Shown here: one piece after another, positions 1-9,019 of the stretch
Layout: each line of letters begins with the position of its first letter
Position numbering within the stretch: position 1 is the stretch's first letter
Origin: Spirochaetia bacterium
Lineage (GTDB): Bacteria > Spirochaetota > Spirochaetia > CADAEX01
Direction of reading: 5' to 3'
Length of the DNA stretch: 64,000 bases
Assembly (NCBI GenBank): GCA_963662265.2
Contig: CAXXHA010000029.1
Location: 96,001-160,000, forward strand
The notes under the pieces: generated by a model
What the model was told of the DNA's origin: nothing
Databases searched by the model: none
The model's input: the letters and a program-made list of their open reading frames with translations, nothing else
Translations under genes and position numbers: made by a program

Positions 1-318
1 AGCAAATCGCTGAATGGAATTATCGATAATATCAAGGATCTGATTAAAGGTTCATATGTAATTACTTCTTCTGTAAATAATCTGTCCAATTCAAATAATG
101 ATGTGAATACAGCTCTTGAAATTATGGAAAAAAGCATAGACAGCGGCAAAAAAAGCATAGAGGATATAAACAGATCAGTGAGTGTCACAAAAGAGCATAT
201 CTCCTTTCTGCAGAAATTGGGAAATGATATTGTTGACCAGTCTTCAGGGCTTAAGGAAATCGGATCTGAAAATATTGACCAGATAAAAATACTGAATACT
301 GAAATGGAAAAAATATGA
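1..318 (+). CDS. 3' fragment of a coiled-coil protein, probably a methyl-accepting chemotaxis protein (5'-truncated by the window edge)
   Basis: Frame is open from base 1 to TGA at 316-318; heptad-like Ser/Asn/Ile/Glu pattern typical of MCP signalling-domain C-termini. Confidence 0.45.
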   Translation, partial: SKSLNGIIDNIKDLIKGSYVITSSVNNLSNSNNDVNTALEIMEKSIDSGKKSIEDINRSVSVTKEHISFLQKLGNDIVDQSSGLKEIGSENIDQIKILNTEMEKI

Positions 319-338
319 TGAATGATAAAATAAATATC

Positions 339-367
339 TTGCAAAATATATCAGCAGGTTTCAGAAT
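339..367 (+). promoter_or_regulatory. sigma70-like promoter, probably giving a leaderless mRNA
   Basis: TTGCAA(339-344)-17 nt-CAGAAT(362-367), 6 nt before ATG 374, no Shine-Dalgarno. Confidence 0.4.
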
Positions 368-373
368 AGAAAT

Positions 374-1543
374 ATGAGTAAAATTAAAAAAACTATATCA
401 TTTCTGGTATTAAGCTTAATCTTAACTTCAGCTGCATACAGCGATAACATAAGCGCTGCTTTTCTCTCCATAGAAAATATGAACAGGAATCCCGGCTATG
501 ATTATCTTCAGGGAATAGTTGAAGGTCTTTTTCTTTACGACATGTCTTCATCTGAAGGACTTTCGTTAACCGAAAGATCTGATCTTGAAAATATACTTTT
601 TGAACAGAAACTTAAACTGAGCGGAATAGTTGATGACAAGGATGCCAGCATGGCTGTCGGAAAAATGGTAGGAGCTGATTATCTTTTGAGCGGCAGCTAT
701 GTGTTTCTAGGGGAAGATCTTCTGATAAATATGAAGGCTGTAAATGTTGTTACAGGTAAAACAACTGCTTTCTCTGCCAGGGGATATACGGAAAATACTG
801 TTCATGAAATATCGGAGCAGGTGCTTTTCGCATTGACAGGAAATGCTGTTACTCTTGTTTCAGATTCCGGTAAACGGTCAATAATTTCCATGAGGGATGA
901 AAGTCCGGGATCTGTACATCTGTTTTCATTTATTCATGACGCGGAAATATTTCTCGATGATGAGTTTATCGGTTATACAACAGGAAACGGCAGAACTGCA
1001 ATTATTCATGATGATATTTCCCCGGGTATTCATAAAATAAGAACACATCTTGGTAACGAATTTGGTGTTATTGAACTGCCGGAATTCAATTTCAGGGACT
1101 GGGAAGAGGAATTTGAAGTGAAACCGGGGAAAAAGGTGATTCTCCGCGACGGGACACGGCATTTCAATGATCTGATTTATAAACATCTGTATATAATCTG
1201 GGAAGGATTTAAAATTGTCAAAAAAGATACAATACCTGTTCAGAGAATGCATGAAAAATTCTTTACAGACAGGACAGGCAGGGAAATACCTGTAGAACTT
1301 GTAATTAACTGCAAACCTTCCGGTGATTTTTATATGTTTTATATTACTGTTGTATATAACGGCAAAGATTATGATTATGAAATTGAACCGGAAAAAGGGA
1401 AAGACACTGTTTTTGAGAAAGATATAGAAAAGATAAGAGTTAAAATTAAAATTAATGACAGATATAAAGGACGGTATGAAGTTGATTACTCTGTGAAGCG
1501 GACTGATATCTGGCAGAATATGTTCAGGGAAGAAAATAACTGA
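374..1543 (+). CDS. Exported CsgG/FlgO/TolB-N-like domain protein with a PEGA-like domain
   Basis: Signal peptide; 'LTERSDLENILFEQKL...VGKMVGADYLLSGS' CsgG-like motif; 'AEIFLDDEFIGYT...ISPGIHKI' PEGA-like motif. Confidence 0.7.
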   Translation: MSKIKKTISFLVLSLILTSAAYSDNISAAFLSIENMNRNPGYDYLQGIVEGLFLYDMSSSEGLSLTERSDLENILFEQKLKLSGIVDDKDASMAVGKMVGADYLLSGSYVFLGEDLLINMKAVNVVTGKTTAFSARGYTENTVHEISEQVLFALTGNAVTLVSDSGKRSIISMRDESPGSVHLFSFIHDAEIFLDDEFIGYTTGNGRTAIIHDDISPGIHKIRTHLGNEFGVIELPEFNFRDWEEEFEVKPGKKVILRDGTRHFNDLIYKHLYIIWEGFKIVKKDTIPVQRMHEKFFTDRTGREIPVELVINCKPSGDFYMFYITVVYNGKDYDYEIEPEKGKDTVFEKDIEKIRVKIKINDRYKGRYEVDYSVKRTDIWQNMFREENN

Positions 1544-1610
1544 TAACAGATTTATGAAAAGTTAATCAGACCAATTAATAATAATTAAACATAATTGCCG
1601 GGGGAGGGTC

Positions 1611-2336
1611 ATGGATACAGTAATAGTTTTCTCGGATAATCTTTATCTGGATGATTTCAATGGAATTAAAATAAAAAAGGTTTTTTCAAAGGAAGAACTT
1701 GCACATGCACTTGTTACAGATGAATACATAAGATGTATTGTAGCTGAAATCCCCGAGATTTCTGATGAATATTTCGGTTTCTTCAACTCTGTAAAAATCA
1801 ACTTTCCAATGCTTGAAGGGGTAATTCTGACGCCTGAGTCTGATAAAACAATACACGGCTTCAGTTTTATTGATGCAGACAAAGATGATTATAAAGAATC
1901 CTTAAAAAGATTTATAAATAATGCTGAAAACAGAAATAAAAGGGGTGCAAACAGGTTTTCATGGCCTCTGAAAGCATGGTTTTCCGAAAATGATATCGAG
2001 TGGAACGAACTTGAAATATTTTCTGTAAGTTCAGGCGGGGCATATCTTAAGACTGATATGATTTTCCCCGGGGGAGGAAGCCGGGGCAAGATAAGGATTA
2101 ATTTTGCAAATTTCTCACTCGAAAGTGAATGCGAGGTAATTGATTCTCAGTCCCGGTCAAGTAATTATCCTTTCGGATTCAGTATAAAATTCACATCTCT
2201 TACCAATGAGGGGAAAATAGTTCTTGATAACCTTGTAAATGATGCAGTTATAAGGATCCTTATGGAACCTGAAGCAGAACCGGAAATCCCGTCACTCGGT
2301 GGGAGTGACCTGACCCCTGATTTTACATTTTTCTGA
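1611..2336 (+). CDS. PilZ-domain protein with a degenerate receiver-like N-terminus
   Basis: RxxxR motif (RGANR), then SxSxGG (SVSSGG) and a beta-rich C-terminal half ending 'GFSIKF'. Confidence 0.75.
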   Translation: MDTVIVFSDNLYLDDFNGIKIKKVFSKEELAHALVTDEYIRCIVAEIPEISDEYFGFFNSVKINFPMLEGVILTPESDKTIHGFSFIDADKDDYKESLKRFINNAENRNKRGANRFSWPLKAWFSENDIEWNELEIFSVSSGGAYLKTDMIFPGGGSRGKIRINFANFSLESECEVIDSQSRSSNYPFGFSIKFTSLTNEGKIVLDNLVNDAVIRILMEPEAEPEIPSLGGSDLTPDFTFF

Positions 2337-2463
2337 TAAATATTGTTTTGTTTGTTTAAATACTGTAAAAAACAACATAAATGTGTATATAAACTTAAAA
2401 AAATTATCCAAATATTAAAAATTAATTAATCTGATACTAATACTGATTCTTTATTAATATAGT

Positions 2464-4869
2464 ATGAGAAATGAAAATAATAAAAGATCAAAGGCAGATC
2501 TTCATATTCACAGTAAATATTCAAATCATCCATCAGAATGGTTTCTCCGCAGAATTGGTGCACATGAGAGCTATGTTGAACCTGAGCTGATTTACAGAAA
2601 CTGCAAAAAAAAGGGGATGGATTTTGTTACGATTTCCGACCATAACAGCATAGACGGCGCACTTGAAATTGCCCACTATCCTGATACATTTATATCAAGC
2701 GAACTGACTACTTATTTTCCTGAAAACAGAGCCAAGGTTCACTGCCTTGTTTTTAATATTACAGAAAAGCAGTTTGCAGAGCTGAATTTAGTCAGGAAAA
2801 ATATTTATGATCTCAGGGAGTATATTTTAGAAAATGATATTCTATACAGTGTAGCGCATCCTCTTTTCCGGGTTGACGGACTTCTTACTGAAGAACAGTT
2901 TGAAAAACTTGCAGTTCTTTTCAACAGGTTTGAAGGAATAAATGGTTCCCGTAAACCTGCTGCTTGTGAGACTGCTTCGAAAATACTCTATAACCTTGAT
3001 GAAAATGGATTATTCAAACTGGCAGAAAAGCACGGAATTGAGCCGTTAGGTGAAAGTCCATGGGTAAAGACATTTACAGGCGGCAGTGATGATCACAGCG
3101 GACTTTTTCTGGCTGATGCCTATACTGAGACGCCCGAGTCTACATCTGTTGAAACTTTTCTTGATAACATAAGATGTGGGAGACATTATCCGGGCGGGGA
3201 ACATGGATCAAGTATTCTACTTGCTACAAGTCTTATTCAGATTGCGTACAGTTATTATAAAGACAAATTTTCTGAGAAAAATAACGGATTTAATGTTATC
3301 GGTGCTATATTTTCAAATATTATAAAAAATGAAGATAAATCATGTAAAAGAAATATCTTAACTGGATCTGTAAGAAAAATAATAAACCCGATTATTATGC
3401 ATAAAAATGAGCTGTCGGAAACTGAAAGATTCATTATCCGGGAATTTAGAAAAGTAATTACTGATGAAAAAAAACTTAAAAAAACAGGTTTGTCTGAATC
3501 TATGTCTGTAACTGAACGGAGATTCAAGTTTATAACAAGGGCTGGACATCAGCTGTCATACGTGTTTATTCAAAAATTTTTAAATAAAATCAGGAAAGGA
3601 CATTTAATCGGGGCTGTTGAATCTATTGCTTCTCTTTCTCCTGTAGCAATTGGATTTGCACCATACCTTACATCATTCACTACTCAGCATAAAGATTCCG
3701 ATTTTCTGAAAAAAATTGCAGAAAGACATTGTGTGTCCGTAAGTAAAAAGAAGAAAAGAAAAAAAGCATGGTTTACCGATACAATAAATGATCTGAATGG
3801 AGTCTCCAGGACAATCAGGAATGTATCAGAAATAGCATTTGATATGGATTATCCGCTTACTGTTTTCACTTCTACAGACAGTGGAGTAGAATGTAGCTAT
3901 GATTTAAAGAAATTCAAGCCTGTAGGGAAATTCAGCCTGGATGATTATCCTGACCAGGAAATAGTATTTCCCCCATATCTTGAAATACTTAAAGAACTTG
4001 AAGATGGTGATTATGAAGAAATTATTGTATCTACACCTGGACCAATGGGGCTGGTTGCAGTCGCAGCATCAGTTCTTTTTAATCTGCCTATTTCCGGTAT
4101 CTATCATACTGATTTTCCCAGGTATATAGAAAACTGGACAGATGATCCAGGCATGGGGGAATTGGCAATAAAATATATGCAGTGGTTCTACTCTCGGATG
4201 AAAATAATATATGTCCCTACAAATACATATCTTAAGCAGCTCGAAGAAATCGGATTCCGGAAGGAACAGCTTAAAGTCATGAAAAGGGGAGTTGACATGA
4301 AAAAATTCAGTCCGCTTTACAGGGATCCTGATTTCTGGAAAAGATACGGATTAAATAAACGAATTACCTATTTATATGTTGGAAGGATTTCAAGAGAAAA
4401 AAATCTTGATACACTTTTTAAAGCAGCTGAAGTAATTGAAAAAAAAGGTCTTGATTTTCAGATTGCTGTTGTAGGTAGCGGACCTGATGAAGATATGTAC
4501 ATGAAAATGACAGAAGGCAAAGACAATATAGTTTTTACAGGAAGGTTAGACGGGATTGAACTGTCAAGAGCTTATGCAAGTTCTGATATATTTGTATTTC
4601 CCAGTACGACTGATACTTTTGGTAATGTTGTTCTTGAAGCAAACGCAAGCGGGCTTCCCGCTGTTGTTTCAGACAAAGGGGGGCCCGGTGAAATAATAAG
4701 CAGACATGGTTCCGGTATTATCGCAGAATCAAATTCAAAAGATAGTTTTGCTGAAGCCATGATTGAGCTTGCTGTTGACAGTCAGGAATATAATGAACTT
4801 AAAAAAAAGTCTATAGTTAATGCATCTGAAAACAGATGGGACAGTGTTGTTGAAGTCCTGTTTGCCTGA
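2464..4869 (+). CDS. PHP-domain / family-4 glycosyltransferase fusion
   Basis: PHP motifs DLHIHS, ISDHN, AHP, GGSDDH; GT4 motifs YVGRISREKN, FVFPSTTDTFGNVVLEA. Confidence 0.85.
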   Translation: MRNENNKRSKADLHIHSKYSNHPSEWFLRRIGAHESYVEPELIYRNCKKKGMDFVTISDHNSIDGALEIAHYPDTFISSELTTYFPENRAKVHCLVFNITEKQFAELNLVRKNIYDLREYILENDILYSVAHPLFRVDGLLTEEQFEKLAVLFNRFEGINGSRKPAACETASKILYNLDENGLFKLAEKHGIEPLGESPWVKTFTGGSDDHSGLFLADAYTETPESTSVETFLDNIRCGRHYPGGEHGSSILLATSLIQIAYSYYKDKFSEKNNGFNVIGAIFSNIIKNEDKSCKRNILTGSVRKIINPIIMHKNELSETERFIIREFRKVITDEKKLKKTGLSESMSVTERRFKFITRAGHQLSYVFIQKFLNKIRKGHLIGAVESIASLSPVAIGFAPYLTSFTTQHKDSDFLKKIAERHCVSVSKKKKRKKAWFTDTINDLNGVSRTIRNVSEIAFDMDYPLTVFTSTDSGVECSYDLKKFKPVGKFSLDDYPDQEIVFPPYLEILKELEDGDYEEIIVSTPGPMGLVAVAASVLFNLPISGIYHTDFPRYIENWTDDPGMGELAIKYMQWFYSRMKIIYVPTNTYLKQLEEIGFRKEQLKVMKRGVDMKKFSPLYRDPDFWKRYGLNKRITYLYVGRISREKNLDTLFKAAEVIEKKGLDFQIAVVGSGPDEDMYMKMTEGKDNIVFTGRLDGIELSRAYASSDIFVFPSTTDTFGNVVLEANASGLPAVVSDKGGPGEIISRHGSGIIAESNSKDSFAEAMIELAVDSQEYNELKKKSIVNASENRWDSVVEVLFA

Positions 4870-5091
4870 ACTATAAATTATTTGGAATTCGAATCATTGA
4901 CAAATGATTAAAGTATTTATAGCAAAATATCTTGAGAATTAACGTTTTTATGTTTCAGCATAATTTAAAAATTATAATTAAAAAATTATAGTAAGAATAA
5001 AGTGAAAAAATAAAGTTAATTTATATTTAAAAAATATAATGAAGAAAATACTAATAATTGAAAACTAATAAATGACCGATAAAAAGAAATC

Positions 5092-5120
5092 TTTACAATT
5101 TAAATATCACCGGATATAAT
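5092..5120 (+). promoter_or_regulatory. sigma70-like promoter for the MFS gene
   Basis: TTTACA(5092-5097)-17 nt-TATAAT(5115-5120). Confidence 0.65.
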
Positions 5121-5126
5121 TTCCAT

Positions 5127-5339
5127 CTGGAAGTTTATTCCAATCTGGATTCTAATCTGGCTGAAAAGAAGCTGAAAATGCTTGAAAAGTCACGGGATCC
5201 TGGCAACATTATCAGCAGAATACTCTTTATGTTGGTATCCGAATTATATTTCGGATTATTTGCCGGGTTGATATGATGTTTCTTTATCAGTCTCGTGATG
5301 TTCTGTTGGTAATATAATTTAAAATAAGGATTTTATATT
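5127..5339 (+). promoter_or_regulatory. Long structured 5' leader (candidate cis-regulatory RNA or attenuator)
   Basis: Several complementary segments with G-U pairs favouring the + strand: 5190-5198/5290-5298, 5199-5206/5260-5267, 5208-5222/5299-5313, hairpin 5237-5256. Confidence 0.5.
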
Positions 5340-6553
5340 ATGAAAACAGAATGTCTGATGAAAAATATCGGCAAAAACTATATATTTACCCTCTTTTTCT
5401 ACCTGAACCTTACAAGAGGTGTCTGGATGATATATCTGGCATACAGGGGATTTTCACTTCTTGAGCTGGGTATTTTCGAAGGTGTGTTTCATATAACATC
5501 ATTTCTCATGGAAGTGCCTACAGGTGTTGTCGCAGACCTCTGGGGAAGAAAAAACAAGCCGTTTATGCGGAAGAATAATGTTTTTTCTGAGTCTTTTAAT
5601 AATGTACTATTCAGGCAGTTTCATTCTCCAGGCTGCCGGTTTCGCGTTCTGCGCGATAGGTTACAACCTTGAATCTGGAGCAGGAGAGGCTCTTGTCTAT
5701 GATTCAATGCTTTTATCAGGCGAAAAGGAAAATTATAAAAAAGTTGCAGGGAAACAGGAACTGATTTTACAGAGCGCTTTTATAATATCATACCTTGCAG
5801 GAGGCTACCTTGCTGTAAGGAGTTATTTTTCAGTTTTTTTTATATCTGCATTATTTACAGCATTATCATTCATTGTTGCGCTTACTTTTCATGAACCGGT
5901 TTTCAATGATAAGAAGACAGGCCTGAAATTCAGCATCAAAGATATATTAAGGTCAATGATTTCACAGACAGCTGAGAGTATATCTGTGATAAAAAAAAGG
6001 CCCAGGATTGCCATGTTTATCCTTTTTTCAGAAATTATATTCACTTTTATTGTCTGTCTTTTCTTTTATCTTCAGAATTTCTGGAAAGGAGAGGGAAAGA
6101 GTGAATTTTATATCGGTATTGTTTATGCTGTATCTGCATTAACAGCAGGAGTCACTGCCTTCAAAGCGCCTGTGATAGAAAAAAAAAATCGGAGAGAAGG
6201 GAGTCCTGATTTTCATGCCTGTTGCACTTGTTGTCTGCCTGTGGGGAGTTGCACTTACAGATTACAAGGAGATATTTTATATATCTACCGGAATTATAGA
6301 GGGAATACTTGTAGTTGCGATAAGCGATTACATAAACAGGCTGATTCCCAGTGAAACAAGGGCAACTGTTCTATCTTTTCAGAGCATGGTCTTCAGTTTT
6401 TTCATGATTATAGCCTTTCCTTTAGTCGGGTGGATTGGGGACAGGTATTCCTTGAGTAATGCTTTCGCTGTTATGGCAGCTGTCGGGACAGTTATATTGA
6501 TCCTGTTTATCTTTTTCAGACAGAATGAAAAAAATATGAAAAATGAAGTATAA
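5340..6553 (+). CDS. MFS transporter (~403 aa), split by two +1 homopolymer frameshifts (probable sequencing errors, or a pseudogene)
   Basis: ORFs 5340-5672, 5524-6354 and 6215-6553 join into one MFS (EVPTGVVADLWGRKTS motif A) after removing one A at ~5549-5554 and one A at ~6179-6188. Confidence 0.8.
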
Positions 6554-6571
6554 AAATGCTGACGTTAAAAT

Positions 6572-8218
6572 TTGATTAATCATGAAAGTGATAATATTCT
6601 TTTTATCATGGGTGGAGATAGTATATCAAATTCTGTCAACAGAGTTTTCAAAGTAATCGGTCTGATTTTTATATTCGGAGGAATTTACACCGGTATTTTT
6701 GAGATATCAAACATACCGGATGTAATATCTGTTTCAGGAACTGTCAATAAAATCTCTGTAAAACGGCAGAGGCCGCTGGGATTTGAGAATATTCCTGTTG
6801 AAACAGATAATCCTGAATATGATGACTTCCCTTTATACATAAGAACGACTCTTTCAGTTACATATGAATATGACAGAAAAAAATACAGCAGCAATGTTTT
6901 TCTTGATGGAGAAAGCGGAAATATTAATAAAGGGATGGAAATCCCGCTTTTCATAATATCGGAAGAACCGGATATCCCTTATATAAATGAACCTGTAAAT
7001 ACCAAAAAGGAACTTCAGAACAGTATAATTATCATGTCGGCAATGTCTTTGATGGGGCTTGCTCTTTTTCTTGTTTCATTCTTCTCTGTCAGAAGCGCTT
7101 TAAATAATCAAAGAAAGGAAATTGAAACTCTTAAAGAAAAAATAGAAAGAATCCATTTAGAGAGGGAGAAAGGGACAGATATAATTACCAGAAACAAATC
7201 AGGCGGTAGTATCCTGATTGGAATAATAATGACACTGCTTGGTGCTGTACTGACTTTATCCATGGCAAACATGCTATTTTTTGAAAACGGTTTTAGCCTG
7301 GAGATGAAATTTGAGTTTTTCCCTTTTATTCTGGGTATAGGACTTTTATACATAGGACTATGTGAATTTAATAAAAATATAATAATTATCTATTCAGACA
7401 GGGTTTTTATAGAAAAGAGAAATATCATATCACGCAGTAGGGTTGAAGTTGATATGAATGAATTTCTCGGTATTGGGGAATATATTACAGCAACAGTACG
7501 GGAAAGCAGGGTGAAACGGGAAATATATCATGAACATTATCTTTATCATGAGAATACTGATATTTCCGGAATTGTATTTGCAAAGCTTCCTGATAACGAT
7601 GACTACAGGGGTAAAATAAATAAAATCAGCGAAATACTTAAAATGCCTCTTGTTCTTTTTGATAACGATGAAATCAAACTGGATTATCCTGACAGCATGA
7701 AACAATATGATGATGTAAAAAAGGAGATAGAAGACCCTTTCAAAAGAAGTTATGCAAGCCAGCGTGATTTCAGGTCAAAATACCTGAAAATACTATATGG
7801 TCAGAAAGACTTTGCTGTTGAAAGAAGTTATAAGACAGCAATTCTCTGGGGATTGGGAGTATTTGCAACAGGAGCTGCTTTATCAATTTTAAGCAGATCT
7901 GCGGTTATCATGCTGCCGCTGGGTATGATAGGTGCAATATTTACAGGAATCGGGCTTAAGAGGGATCTTCTTTATATAACAGAAGGGGAGATTGTGCTTG
8001 AACTTTATTTTGCAGGAAGAATATACAGCAGGAAAAAAATAATGCTGGGAAGAATAGAGAATATTATTTCAGGTTCAGATATAAGAAGAAATATGGCGGA
8101 TTCTCTTCAGATTTTATCAGACAGCGATGAAATACTTTTCGGGCAGGCATTAAAGCATGAAGAACTTGAGTGGATTAAAGACAAGATACTGGAGTATGTT
8201 CATAAATACAGAAATTGA
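6572..8218 (+). CDS. Hypothetical multi-pass membrane protein (DUF3592-like N-terminal module, then two TM-hairpin + bPH-like modules); start may be ATG 6608
   Basis: 548-aa ORF with three pairs of hydrophobic segments; 'VSGTV...LSVTYEYDRKKY' resembles DUF3592. Confidence 0.55.
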   Translation: MINHESDNILFIMGGDSISNSVNRVFKVIGLIFIFGGIYTGIFEISNIPDVISVSGTVNKISVKRQRPLGFENIPVETDNPEYDDFPLYIRTTLSVTYEYDRKKYSSNVFLDGESGNINKGMEIPLFIISEEPDIPYINEPVNTKKELQNSIIIMSAMSLMGLALFLVSFFSVRSALNNQRKEIETLKEKIERIHLEREKGTDIITRNKSGGSILIGIIMTLLGAVLTLSMANMLFFENGFSLEMKFEFFPFILGIGLLYIGLCEFNKNIIIIYSDRVFIEKRNIISRSRVEVDMNEFLGIGEYITATVRESRVKREIYHEHYLYHENTDISGIVFAKLPDNDDYRGKINKISEILKMPLVLFDNDEIKLDYPDSMKQYDDVKKEIEDPFKRSYASQRDFRSKYLKILYGQKDFAVERSYKTAILWGLGVFATGAALSILSRSAVIMLPLGMIGAIFTGIGLKRDLLYITEGEIVLELYFAGRIYSRKKIMLGRIENIISGSDIRRNMADSLQILSDSDEILFGQALKHEELEWIKDKILEYVHKYRN

Positions 8219-8409
8219 AGTATTGGAGATAATAGATTTATTGTCTCTGGGGAAGGTATAATATACAGATAAAAACATGAAAAAACTTGAAAAAATTGCT
8301 TAATTGACTGATCCGGATATAGAAATTTTAGCTTATTCTATGTATTTTATTTGCTGTTCAGAAAACATAATCGATAAAGAAGAAGCGAATAAGAAAGAAG
8401 GAGAAGGAC

Positions 8410-8877
8410 ATGAAACGGGTTACAGCTGTCATGATATTGATAGTCGTAATATTACCGCTGTGGGCAGAGGATTTTGGCAAACCGATGGAAAGGTATGCAA
8501 TTTCAAGTGAATTCGGCTACAGGAAGAATCCTATGGGAGGTCTTGAAGGAGATATGAGACTTCATAAGGGTGTGGATCTTGTAGGACCCTATAATTCACC
8601 TATAAAAGCCGTAAAATCAGGTGTGGTTGTTGAACACTGGCCAGCACCTAACGGATATTTTAAAGGCCATCCGGTATACGGGGGTCTTGTAGTAATTGAA
8701 CATTCAGAAGGCTTTTTTACTCTATACGCACATTTTAAAGATACATTTGTCAAAGAGGGGCAGAGAGTGAAAAAGGGGGATATACTCGGGATACAGGGTG
8801 CTACCGGTATGGCTACAGGAGATCACCTCCACTTTGAAGTCATTACAAACCCTCTTGATTTTGTCGAAAAAAAATAG
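8410..8877 (+). CDS. M23 family metallopeptidase, exported
   Basis: Signal peptide; ISSEFGYR, HKGVD and HLHFE zinc-binding motifs. Confidence 0.9.
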   Translation: MKRVTAVMILIVVILPLWAEDFGKPMERYAISSEFGYRKNPMGGLEGDMRLHKGVDLVGPYNSPIKAVKSGVVVEHWPAPNGYFKGHPVYGGLVVIEHSEGFFTLYAHFKDTFVKEGQRVKKGDILGIQGATGMATGDHLHFEVITNPLDFVEKK

Positions 8878-8975
8878 CTGTCTATTCAATAATACATTTG
8901 TATAAAAACAGAAATAATATTTGAAAAACTTGAGCAGTGGTATATTTGATCAGAAATAATTTTTGTTAAAATAAG

Positions 8976-9015
8976 AAAGGGGCTTTCCAGTTACTGATTG
9001 GAAAGCCCCTTTTTT
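8976..9015. terminator. Bidirectional intrinsic terminator
   Basis: AAAGGGGCTTTCCA...TGGAAAGCCCCTTT stem with flanking A/T runs between convergent genes. Confidence 0.85.
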
Positions 9016-9019
9016 ATAT

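Noticed and set aside
4870-5090. Very AT-rich stretch as a possible replication origin
   Set aside because: No DnaA-box cluster or origin-linked genes; consistent with an ordinary AT-rich intergenic region
5127-5339. Assignment to a known riboswitch (TPP, SAM, lysine, THF, cobalamin, c-di-GMP, guanidine, T-box)
   Set aside because: I could not find the conserved signature nucleotides of any of these classes
5545-5556. Programmed -1 ribosomal frameshift at A-AAA-AAC
   Set aside because: Restoring the MFS needs a +1 shift, twice, and similar homopolymer insertions occur in an unrelated gene
8304-8510. 68-aa ORF overlapping the M23 gene start
   Set aside because: TTG start without RBS, out-of-frame overlap with a well-supported gene
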